From: an uncultured Candidatus Saccharibacteria bacterium
Lineage (GTDB): Bacteria > Patescibacteriota > WWE3 > UBA101185 > UBA10185
NCBI GenBank assembly: GCA_964510435.1
Contig: CAZEBU010000001.1
Span: 144,791-208,790 of the forward strand
Length of the DNA stretch: 64,000 nt
Direction: 5' to 3'
In this document: positions 43,978 through 52,502 of the stretch, one piece after another
Position numbering within the stretch: position 1 is the stretch's first letter
Layout of the letters: each line of letters begins with the position of its first letter
Notes under the pieces: model-generated
The model's input: the letters and a program-made list of their open reading frames with translations, nothing else
What the model was told of the DNA's origin: nothing
Databases searched by the model: none
Program-made: the position numbers and the translations under genes

Positions 43978-46833
43978 ATGCCAAAAGCTAGTAAATTGCA
44001 ACTCAACAAAGAGCAAAAGAGGGCTGTACTGCATAAAAACGGTCCTATTTTAGTCATCGCCGGGGCCGGTACCGGAAAAACCAGGGTCATCACAGAACGT
44101 ATTAGGCGCCTGCTTAAAGATAATAAACATAATTCTCAAGAAATTCTTGCTCTTACCTTCACAGATAAAGCCGCACGGGAAATGAGTGAGCGGGTTGGGG
44201 ACATCATGCCTCTGGGATACGAGGAGCCCTGGATCAACACGTTTCATGCTTTTTGTGACAAAATATTAAGGATGGAGGGAATAGAAATAGGCCTAGACCC
44301 ATCCTACAAAATTCTTTCCGGACCGGATCAGTGGCTACTTTTTAGAAAAAACATCTTTGATTTTAATCTCAAGTATTTTCTCCCTATGGGAAATCCTACC
44401 AAGTTTATTTCCGCTATTTTAAAATTTATTTCCCGGATGCAAGATGAAAACATTTCTGCAGCAGACTTCTCAAAATTCGCGGCAAACTTCCAGGGAGACG
44501 AAAAAGACAAGGAAAGATGGTATGAACTCACCAATATTTATAAAAACTATCAAGATCTTAAAATACAAAATTCTAAACTGGATTTTGGCGACCTCATTAG
44601 CTGGACCATACAACTCTTTGAAAAAAGATCCAATATCCTAAAAAAGTACCAACAGCAATTTAAACATGTTTTGGTAGATGAATTTCAGGATACCAATTAC
44701 GCACAGTTTGAACTTATAAAAAAACTGTGTCCATCAGATCTGGGAGAAAGAAGCCTCTTAGTTGTAGGGGATGATTCACAGTCAATTTATAAATTCAGAG
44801 GAGCTGCCGTCTCTAATATCCTTAAGTTTATGAACGATTACCCTGAAGCAGAAATGATCACCCTTACAAAAAATTACCGCTCGACACAAAATATCCTTGA
44901 TCCGGCATACAAACTTATTCAAAATAACAATCCTGATACACTTGAATCCAAATTGAAAATATCCAAAAAACTTGTCTCGGAAAATCCGGCAAAAGAGATA
45001 CCTGTGGAAATACTCCAAACCGAAACAGTCGAGGACGAGGTAGAGATGGTGATGGCCAAAATATACAAGATTTTGGCCAAGGAGCCTTCGTACACCTATA
45101 GAGATATTGCCATTTTAGCCCGCGCGCACAGTCACCTTGATATGTTTGTTTTAGCGCTAAGAAAACACGGCATGCCGTATCAGCTGGTAGGCAACCGCGG
45201 TTTGTATGACCAGGATGAAGTACGAAACCTCCTGGCATTATTAAAAATTATTATTAATCCCAAAGACTCCATCAATTTGTACCGGGCTCTAAATATAGAC
45301 TCCTTGGATATTCCTCAAGAACAAATCACTAACTTACTTTCACAATCAAAATATAAAAAACAGGGAATTTGGGAATTAATGCAGGAAGCTCAATCAGGTC
45401 AGCTAAGGGAGATGGTAAAATTAATTAGAAAATACCAAAACAACATCACCAAGCTCTTACCCGTACAGTTTGTTTACAATTTGGTCAACGAATCCGGTTA
45501 TTTAAGTCTTTTTCTAGAAGAAGAAACTATCGAAAACAAACTGGGTATAAAAAATCTGGATCTATTTTTAAACAAAGTAAAAAGGTTTGAAATTGACTAC
45601 CGTAGCGAAAACAAAGAATTACCAACCATAATAGATTTTGTAGATCACATTGACCTACTCATAGAAGCGGGCGATAATCCAGCACAAGCCGAGATCGAAG
45701 ACGTTGATACTATTAATCTTCTCACCGTGCACTCAGCAAAAGGCTTGGAATTCCCGGTGGTTTTTTTGGTCAACCTAGTAGCCGGGAGATTCCCCACCAG
45801 AAACCGCTCCGATGTCATAGAAGTGCCTGATGCTCTAGTTAAAGAAACACTGCCTTCCGGTGATGCCCACTTACAGGAGGAACGTAGACTGCTCTATGTG
45901 GGAATGACTAGAGCAGAAAAATACCTTTACATGACACTTTCTAAAAACTATGGCGGAGTACGGGAAAGAAAACCCAGTGGCTACTTACTAGAAACCGGAC
46001 TTAAAATAAAAGAGGTTAAACAAGAGGGAATTGCGGACAAAACGAAAGGCCAAAAAGCTCTCTTTGGCGTGAATTCAAAATTCCGAGATCCTATTTACAG
46101 CCAAACTGATTTTATTCCCAAATTTTTAAGTTACTCACAAATAGATACTTACAAGATCTGCCCCTTAAAATACAAATACAGCTATGTTCTTAGAGTTCCC
46201 TCCATGCCTAGCTATGCCCTAAGTTTTGGTATCACCATTCACGACACCCTCAGAGATTTTCATTCGAAAAAGATGTTTGAAGATGTTTCCCTAGACGAGC
46301 TTTTAAAAATATACGAAAACAACTGGCATCCTTTAGGTTACCTTGACGAAAAGCACCGTAATATAAGATTTGAAAACGGAAAGCAGTTGTTGGAAACATA
46401 TTATAAAAAACAACAAAAAGAAAATGTAAAACCTTTGGCTCTGGAAAAGTCATTCAATATAAGGGTCGGTGGGATAAAATTTTATGGGAGGATAGATCGT
46501 ATCGACCCTTTAAATGGAGGTGTAGAAATTATTGATTACAAAACTGGACGCGCTAAGACACAAAAGGAAGTGGACAAAGACGCTCAGGTAGCCTTTTATG
46601 CCATAGCTGCTAAAGAAGCCTTCAACATGGAACCAAAAAAGCTAACCTACCACTTTTTGGAAAGCGACGAAAAAGTATCTACTACCAGAAATAACGCGGA
46701 ATTAGAAAACATCAAAGAGGAAGTCGGAAAAGTAGTGGAGAAGATCAAAGAAGGAGATTTCACACCCCGTTCGGGCATGCATTGCAATTGGTGCGACTAC
46801 CAAGACATCTGTCCTTTTGCTTATAAAGGGTAG
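43978..46833 (+). CDS. UvrD/PcrA-family SF1 helicase fused to a C-terminal PD-(D/E)XK Cas4/AddB-type nuclease with an Fe-S cysteine cluster
   Basis: Helicase motifs VIAGAGTGKT, VDEFQDTN, VGDDSQSIY, TVHSAKGLEF, YVGMTRA. The nuclease domain has YKICPLKYKY (first Cys), IDYKTGRAKT (hDYK motif) and a CNWCDYQDICPF triad. Start taken at the ATG at 43978 (MPKASKLQL...) rather than the ORF-track start at 43609. Confidence 0.8.
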   Translation: MPKASKLQLNKEQKRAVLHKNGPILVIAGAGTGKTRVITERIRRLLKDNKHNSQEILALTFTDKAAREMSERVGDIMPLGYEEPWINTFHAFCDKILRMEGIEIGLDPSYKILSGPDQWLLFRKNIFDFNLKYFLPMGNPTKFISAILKFISRMQDENISAADFSKFAANFQGDEKDKERWYELTNIYKNYQDLKIQNSKLDFGDLISWTIQLFEKRSNILKKYQQQFKHVLVDEFQDTNYAQFELIKKLCPSDLGERSLLVVGDDSQSIYKFRGAAVSNILKFMNDYPEAEMITLTKNYRSTQNILDPAYKLIQNNNPDTLESKLKISKKLVSENPAKEIPVEILQTETVEDEVEMVMAKIYKILAKEPSYTYRDIAILARAHSHLDMFVLALRKHGMPYQLVGNRGLYDQDEVRNLLALLKIIINPKDSINLYRALNIDSLDIPQEQITNLLSQSKYKKQGIWELMQEAQSGQLREMVKLIRKYQNNITKLLPVQFVYNLVNESGYLSLFLEEETIENKLGIKNLDLFLNKVKRFEIDYRSENKELPTIIDFVDHIDLLIEAGDNPAQAEIEDVDTINLLTVHSAKGLEFPVVFLVNLVAGRFPTRNRSDVIEVPDALVKETLPSGDAHLQEERRLLYVGMTRAEKYLYMTLSKNYGGVRERKPSGYLLETGLKIKEVKQEGIADKTKGQKALFGVNSKFRDPIYSQTDFIPKFLSYSQIDTYKICPLKYKYSYVLRVPSMPSYALSFGITIHDTLRDFHSKKMFEDVSLDELLKIYENNWHPLGYLDEKHRNIRFENGKQLLETYYKKQQKENVKPLALEKSFNIRVGGIKFYGRIDRIDPLNGGVEIIDYKTGRAKTQKEVDKDAQVAFYAIAAKEAFNMEPKKLTYHFLESDEKVSTTRNNAELENIKEEVGKVVEKIKEGDFTPRSGMHCNWCDYQDICPFAYKG

Positions 46834-46836
46834 CCG

Positions 46837-47382
46837 CTATTGGGCCTCGTCAAGAGGTGAGTAGGATATTTGTATCATGGTACCTATTTCATCATCCAGC
46901 ACAACGGCCACACCCACATTTAACGAACTGTTCTTGGCAGAAATAATAGATGTGCCCTCGGATTCAAAGAAAGAGGTTATATCATATCCATTATTTTCCA
47001 GTTCTTTCCTGTAGTAGCTGGTCACATCCATAGGATCTTTATCTGAGGTTAGGGAAACCGATCCGCCCCTGAGTTCGTCTATAATCACCGTACCCACAAC
47101 CTTGGCTCCGGGGTAAACGGGAATACTGTTAGGAAAGTCTTTGGGGAGCTCTCCTTTGCTGCTAATTTTCAGGCTGCCTTCTTCTGTTTCGTAGGTAACC
47201 TCATATTCGTCACCGGATCTGTCAATGTCCACATCGGCAACACCCCCTCCGGAACTTTTGATAGCCTTCTCAATACTTTTCTCTATTACTCTTTCTGCAG
47301 CTCTCTTTTGCCAAGAGGAAAAAAACACAGCCCCGACAAGTACCAATCCGCCAATGATAACTATAGGAAGATACTTTTTCAT
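46837..47382 (-). CDS. Hypothetical membrane-anchored or secreted protein
   Basis: 181 aa, N-terminal signal/TM (LPIVIIGGLVLVGAVFF). Confidence 0.4.
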   Translation of the reverse strand: MKKYLPIVIIGGLVLVGAVFFSSWQKRAAERVIEKSIEKAIKSSGGGVADVDIDRSGDEYEVTYETEEGSLKISSKGELPKDFPNSIPVYPGAKVVGTVIIDELRGGSVSLTSDKDPMDVTSYYRKELENNGYDITSFFESEGTSIISAKNSSLNVGVAVVLDDEIGTMIQISYSPLDEAQ

Positions 47383-47396
47383 AAACTAAGTATACC

Positions 47397-48296
47397 TTAT
47401 AGCGGCAGTTCTTGAAATCTTGATAAGAACTTTAATATAGGGCTAAAGTATTTAATATAAGGAGGAGGAAACCTAAATATTTTTCCCCCAAATTTTTCTT
47501 TAAAATGGCTAAAACCACCCCATTTTTTAGTAAATGAAGGAAATCTATCGTCGTCAACGCCGTCAAGATCCAAGTACTCATAACCTAGCTTTTTAAAGTA
47601 TTTTATAGATTCCCACATCAGTAAATAACCCCCCTTTCCTTTTCTTCCTATGCTGGTTGTGCCTCCTTGCAAATAGGTCACGGTGTTTTTACTGGCTATA
47701 TAAAACTTGACGCTAACCAAGTCTTCATCTTTATCGTAAACCTCTATCACAAAAAACTCATCTTTGAAGGCCTTTCTTTTGGCTATTAGTTCCTTGTAAG
47801 GCGGAACGTAAAACTTCCCTCTTTTACCTGTTTCTTTGCACACCTTTTGTAGTCTCTGTACTACTTCTTCATCCGGATCTTTAAAATACTTGACGTAATT
47901 GCCTTCCCTTTCAGCTCTTCTAGTCGAATATTTAGCGCTTTTGGATAAATCCTGCCAAAGATCTTTTTCACTTTTGGTAAGGTCGATAACCAGTGAGGAT
48001 GGTGGACTTAGAGGAAAGTTGCTCCTTATATATCCGTGTTTTTGTAGCAGCTTTTCATTTTGTTCATACCCCGGCTCTATCTTAATAAACATGGCTTTCT
48101 TCTTTGTGCAGATATCTTCTATCTCTTTAAGCTGAGCTTCGGTAAATTTTTTTGGCCTCTGAATTTTGGAAACTGTACCTAAGAGGGTTTTTAATACAGC
48201 TATTCTAATGCCTCCCCTGGTATCAAGCATTTCCCACTTAAGGGCTTTGAGATACTTTGCCCAGCCATCTGATTGTCTGAGACTGGTTGTCTTCAC
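47397..48296 (-). CDS. FemAB-family (aminoacyl-tRNA-dependent peptidoglycan cross-bridge peptidyltransferase, GNAT fold)
   Basis: Paralog of the next gene. Conserved C-terminal FKEKFGGKI and family-like spacing. 299 aa. Confidence 0.65.
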   Translation of the reverse strand: MKTTSLRQSDGWAKYLKALKWEMLDTRGGIRIAVLKTLLGTVSKIQRPKKFTEAQLKEIEDICTKKKAMFIKIEPGYEQNEKLLQKHGYIRSNFPLSPPSSLVIDLTKSEKDLWQDLSKSAKYSTRRAEREGNYVKYFKDPDEEVVQRLQKVCKETGKRGKFYVPPYKELIAKRKAFKDEFFVIEVYDKDEDLVSVKFYIASKNTVTYLQGGTTSIGRKGKGGYLLMWESIKYFKKLGYEYLDLDGVDDDRFPSFTKKWGGFSHFKEKFGGKIFRFPPPYIKYFSPILKFLSRFQELPL

Positions 48297-49234
48297 TTTA
48301 TTAATCCTAAATCAAGCAACTTCCAGCGCAAGGCATTTAGGTTAGAAAATAAAAAGTACGGTATTTTTTTTATTACCAAGTCGTATGAGTTTACGTACTT
48401 TACATGCTCTCCACCAAATTTAAGTTTAAAATTGGTAAAACCGTGGTATTCATCTTTAGCATTTTCCGGATCGTCGGCAGCTCCCCACATATCAAAAATT
48501 TCGCAGCCCTTTTCTTTTCCAAATCTAATTAGCTCCCAACCTAAGGCGTTGCTGGCAAAAATGTTTTTTTTACTTTCTGCGGATCCGCCGTAAGGATAGT
48601 ACAAAACATTGTCGTAGATAAAAATCATCCAGGAAGCCAGGGTCTCTCCTTCGTACTCTGCAGATAGGATGTGGCAGATACCTTTGGGGTGTAACTTCTC
48701 CCAAATGATCTCGTAGTATCTTTTAGGCCTTATGAAATAGTGCTGCCTCACGGCTGTCTTTTTAAATAGTTTGAAAAATTCTTGGAAGTCTTCTTTGTTT
48801 TTGGCTAGTTTCGCGGTGACCCCTTTCCTGGCTGCATACCTGGTATTGTATCTGTGTTTTTTATGCATTTCGGAAAATATTTCTTTTTCTGATTTTTTTA
48901 GGTCTAAAATAATGTTAGCCTGCGCGAACTCTGATCTTTTTGATTTCTTGCAGTGTTTTTTAAAAATTTCCAAAGCCTTTTGCTCTTCAGGGGAGCCTTT
49001 GATAACATTGGGTACATCAAAGGTCAGGCCAATACAGTCGTTTTCCTTGAGGGAGTTTTTAAGTTTTTCGAAGTCTATCACGGCAGGATTCACACGCGGA
49101 CAATAGGCATAATAATATTTAGACTTAGGAATTTTATGCTTGGTGTAATATACTTCGCCTATTCTCACAGATGGTGTACCATATTCATCTTTCACTTCTG
49201 CCCACTCTTTTGACTGCACAATGTGTCTGTACAT
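48293..49234 (-). CDS. FemAB-family peptidoglycan bridge-formation protein (FemX-like)
   Basis: MYRHIVQSKEWAEVK...YYAYCPRVNP...FKLKFGG, typical FemX/FemA N- and C-terminal blocks. Tandem with a paralog, 4-nt overlap. Confidence 0.7.
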   Translation of the reverse strand: MYRHIVQSKEWAEVKDEYGTPSVRIGEVYYTKHKIPKSKYYYAYCPRVNPAVIDFEKLKNSLKENDCIGLTFDVPNVIKGSPEEQKALEIFKKHCKKSKRSEFAQANIILDLKKSEKEIFSEMHKKHRYNTRYAARKGVTAKLAKNKEDFQEFFKLFKKTAVRQHYFIRPKRYYEIIWEKLHPKGICHILSAEYEGETLASWMIFIYDNVLYYPYGGSAESKKNIFASNALGWELIRFGKEKGCEIFDMWGAADDPENAKDEYHGFTNFKLKFGGEHVKYVNSYDLVIKKIPYFLFSNLNALRWKLLDLGLIK

Positions 49235-49321
49235 GCTTGTAGTATAAGTTTTTTAGGTTAAGGTCACAAGTTAAAAGAGGAAAGTTGCTTAAAATGTGAT
49301 CTTGCTTTAATCTTTATAAAT

Positions 49322-50053
49322 ATGGATAAAAGAGAAATTATTATCAGCGCCATTGTACTAATTTTGCTTTTGGTGGGTTTCTATTTCTTGTTAAATCTGG
49401 GTGCAAGTTCTGCTGGCAAGGCACAAGACGAGCAAATCACCGGTAGGATACCTACCACACAGGATGTGGACTCCCAAGAAAGTTTAACGGGCGAGATCAT
49501 AGAAATCCAAGAGCGTGAAGAGGAAACTAATGTGTCTACACAACAACTAACCAAAACAACCCCTCCGGCCATGCAGCTAAAAGAGGGTGTCAATTATAAA
49601 GCTATCATGAAAACCTCCATGGGAGATATTTCCTTGGATCTGTACGAAGATCTAGCCCCCGTGACCGTTAATAATTTTTTGCATCTTGCTCGTACAGGTT
49701 TTTATGATGGGCTGATCTTTCACAGGGTTATAGATGATTTCATGATCCAGGGGGGAGATCCTCAGGAAAACGGTTCTGGAGGCCCAGGGTATTCTTTTGA
49801 AGATGAGATCAATAAGGCCAAACTGGTAAAGGGGTCCTTAGCTATGGCTAATTCCGGACCTAACACCAACGGCAGCCAGTTCTTTATTGTTACTAAGGAA
49901 GCTGTGCCTTGGCTTGATGGAGCTCACACTAATTTTGGCGAGGTCACCTCCGGACTAGAGGTGGTTAATACTATTTCTAAAGTGGCCAAAGGAGCAAACG
50001 ATAAGCCTTTGGAAGACGTGGTTATAAACAGCATTGAGATCATTGAGGAGTAA
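49322..50053 (+). CDS. ppiB: Peptidyl-prolyl cis-trans isomerase (cyclophilin type) with N-terminal membrane anchor
   Basis: FHRVIDDFMIQGGDP, SLAMANSGPNTNGSQFFI. N-terminal TM plus a linker. Confidence 0.85.
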   Translation: MDKREIIISAIVLILLLVGFYFLLNLGASSAGKAQDEQITGRIPTTQDVDSQESLTGEIIEIQEREEETNVSTQQLTKTTPPAMQLKEGVNYKAIMKTSMGDISLDLYEDLAPVTVNNFLHLARTGFYDGLIFHRVIDDFMIQGGDPQENGSGGPGYSFEDEINKAKLVKGSLAMANSGPNTNGSQFFIVTKEAVPWLDGAHTNFGEVTSGLEVVNTISKVAKGANDKPLEDVVINSIEIIEE

Positions 50054-50094
50054 CCAGGATAATCCAGAAGGGAGGATCTAGGTTAGACCCTCAT

Positions 50095-50859
50095 TTACCC
50101 TCGGGCCGCATAGATTTCCAGCCACTGATCTAGAGTAAGATGTTGCGGTCGCAGCGTTTCATCTATACCCAGGGTGTCTAAAAACTCTTTAGGAAAAACC
50201 TTGTTCAGCATTTTGCGAGGCTTGGAAAATCCCCAATGCAGGAATTTCTCAAAATCATTTATATCACCCAAAGGCACTTTTAATTCGGGTGATTTAGACA
50301 TTTTGATGACGGCACCATCAACCTCGGGCTGCGGATCAAAATAAATTCTAGGAACTTCCTTAATTATTTCCACTTCAAAAAATGTCTGTACGAAAGTTGA
50401 AAGGTAAGAAGCTTTGGGAACTTTACCAGCCACTTTTTTGGCCACTTCTTTTTGCATTAAAAACACACATTTCAAAATATTCCCTGTGTGTCTCACAATA
50501 GTATGTAGTATGGGGGAAGTAATATAGTAGGGTAGGGAACCGAAAACTTTGAATTCCTCCTTGGGAGTAAACTTTGGCAACCAAGATAAGATATCAGCTT
50601 CTATGATTTCTAAATTAGCTTCCTCAGGAAACTTTTTCCGCAACTCTTCCACTAAATTTTCGTCTATTTCTACCGCCTTTATATTTACTTTGGTTCCTTT
50701 AACTCTTTCCAAAAGAACTCTTGTCACAGCACCCGGTCCAGGGCCAATCTCTACTACCAAATCGTCATCCTGCAAATCAAGCTGATCTACCATTTCATAA
50801 GCCACACCTTTGTTTAGAAGAAAATTTTGACCGAGTTGTTTTTTAGTTTTATGCCTCAT
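50095..50859 (-). CDS. rsmA: 16S rRNA (adenine1518/1519-N6)-dimethyltransferase
   Basis: LGQNFLLNKGVAYEMVD, VVEIGPGPGAVT (SAM-binding). 254 aa. Confidence 0.9.
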   Translation of the reverse strand: MRHKTKKQLGQNFLLNKGVAYEMVDQLDLQDDDLVVEIGPGPGAVTRVLLERVKGTKVNIKAVEIDENLVEELRKKFPEEANLEIIEADILSWLPKFTPKEEFKVFGSLPYYITSPILHTIVRHTGNILKCVFLMQKEVAKKVAGKVPKASYLSTFVQTFFEVEIIKEVPRIYFDPQPEVDGAVIKMSKSPELKVPLGDINDFEKFLHWGFSKPRKMLNKVFPKEFLDTLGIDETLRPQHLTLDQWLEIYAARG

Positions 50860-51002
50860 TACCTTCAGTATACCTTCTTATCCATTTGCCAAGCTACAGA
50901 ACCTATAGTATACCATGTTGGTTCTAAATAAAAGGAGAAATATGTAGGTAAGAAAGTGTACTGTAAAACGCTGTAAAAACCGGAAACATCACAAAGAAAG
51001 GA

Positions 51003-51644
51003 TTGACTGTCATGGACGACACTCAATTAACGCTCCACGAAGTACGTGGACCGTTCGAAGACCTATTCAGAAAGTTATCCGGAGAAGATGGACGAGAGTG
51101 GTTAATGGCTTTAAACAAATTCCTTCGCAAGGAGAACCCTTGGTTAAAGCCTGGTTTTCAGATCTGGAAAACCATCGAGGTTGGAACTCACGGCAGTCCT
51201 GAGTCTCTCAGTAATGCCATATCTTCTGCTGGTATGGGGTGTACGGGGGATGGCTACCACAACCTATGGAGAATACCTCTCAGCAACTTACCGCTAACCT
51301 TGAGTCTCGTAAGACCTTCGGTTGAGGAATTAGGCTTTCCTGAAGGCGCAACTCTTGAGGAAATCTACAAGTCTGCACAGAACCAAGGATTAGAGCTGTG
51401 TCCTGCGGAGGTTGGCCCATATCTGCGAATGCAGTATAAAAAGCAACCTAGGAAGGAATACCTGAATATGGCTATGGAACCTCTTCCTGGTTACGAAGGG
51501 GATGCTCAAGGACCTAGGGTGTTCACTATTGTGCACAACCACCCGTCTTTCGACAAAGGTAAGCTGTTGCACGCTGAGCACGGCTTTCGCCCAGAATATA
51601 CGCGCGAAAGTAACGAGCGATTTGTGTTCATTCGTCGAGAGTAG
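51003..51644 (+). CDS. Hypothetical protein (GC-elevated singleton, possibly acquired)
   Basis: 213 aa. GC about 47% by eye versus a ~38% background. Its own Rho-independent terminator is downstream. No motif recognised. Confidence 0.4.
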   Translation: MTVMDDTQLTLHEVRGPFEDLFRKLSGEDGREWLMALNKFLRKENPWLKPGFQIWKTIEVGTHGSPESLSNAISSAGMGCTGDGYHNLWRIPLSNLPLTLSLVRPSVEELGFPEGATLEEIYKSAQNQGLELCPAEVGPYLRMQYKKQPRKEYLNMAMEPLPGYEGDAQGPRVFTIVHNHPSFDKGKLLHAEHGFRPEYTRESNERFVFIRRE

Positions 51645-51674
51645 GCCAAAGGTTCTCCTTTGAGTTTGCTCACA

Positions 51675-51722
51675 AGAGCTCCGTGTTTTGAATTCATTCT
51701 CTACACGGAGCTTTCTTTTTTA
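51675..51722 (+). terminator. Rho-independent terminator
   Basis: AGAGCTCCGTGT - 16-nt loop - ACACGGAGCT, a perfect 10-bp stem, followed by TTCTTTTTT. Lies between convergent genes. Confidence 0.55.
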
Positions 51723-52502
51723 CTCAGGCTCATTATCCATAAGATAAATATCTGTATAGCCGGTTCGCCAAGAGCCTTCCCACGCATCCTCATAAGCTAG
51801 GTCGATCTTGTTACCCTTTATAGCACCGCCCACATCCAGGGCTTGGCATTTACCATACCCGGGAACATAAAAATGGGTGTACATACTAATAACCGAAGGA
51901 TCCACAGCGCACACCCCTTGCTGTACGGGCGCACCTAAAGCAGTGGTATTATTACACCCCTCGCAGGTAGAATCATACTTAGTGGCCCAAACCGTCATCT
52001 TACGCCAGTACTTAATCTTGCCATACTCTGGAGTATCCAACCTATGCCAAACTATCTTTTTGCCTAGGGCAATTATTTCCGTGATGGAGTTTTCCACTTC
52101 CGTAGATAATAATAAACGATCCAGTTCCTCATCAACCCAAAAAGTTACCAAATAAGTCGTGGTTTCCACTCCATTTACACCTACCTGCTCCACGCGCTCC
52201 AGACCGTATTCAAAATCTTCGTCGTCAATATACTCCGTTTCGAAAAGTATGGGTTCGTGTTCAGTGACTTCTTTTTGGTCAAAAGCTGTCTGCGTGGAAA
52301 TATCTAACCGGTATGCCACCTTGGGGAAGGAAATTTCTTTCTCTATATCCTCCTCATTATCCTGAGTGCTCTCATAAACACTCGCACCTAAAACCTGCCT
52401 ATCCGTAAAAAAACTTATTCTCGAAAAATACAAGGCCAAAAACAATATCTGAATGCCAATAAAAATTCGGTGCAGCATATTATGCCAAGGGATCATTCCC
52501 AA
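51720..52502 (-). CDS. 3D-domain cell-wall-associated protein (MltA/YabE-like C-terminal 3D domain) with N-terminal TM
   Basis: C-terminal ...QGVCAVDPSVISMYTHFYVPGYGKCQALDVGGAIKGNKIDLAYEDAW has the 3D-domain conserved Asp pattern. N-terminal TM. The middle region is G5-like. Confidence 0.55.
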   Translation of the reverse strand: MGMIPWHNMLHRIFIGIQILFLALYFSRISFFTDRQVLGASVYESTQDNEEDIEKEISFPKVAYRLDISTQTAFDQKEVTEHEPILFETEYIDDEDFEYGLERVEQVGVNGVETTTYLVTFWVDEELDRLLLSTEVENSITEIIALGKKIVWHRLDTPEYGKIKYWRKMTVWATKYDSTCEGCNNTTALGAPVQQGVCAVDPSVISMYTHFYVPGYGKCQALDVGGAIKGNKIDLAYEDAWEGSWRTGYTDIYLMDNEPE

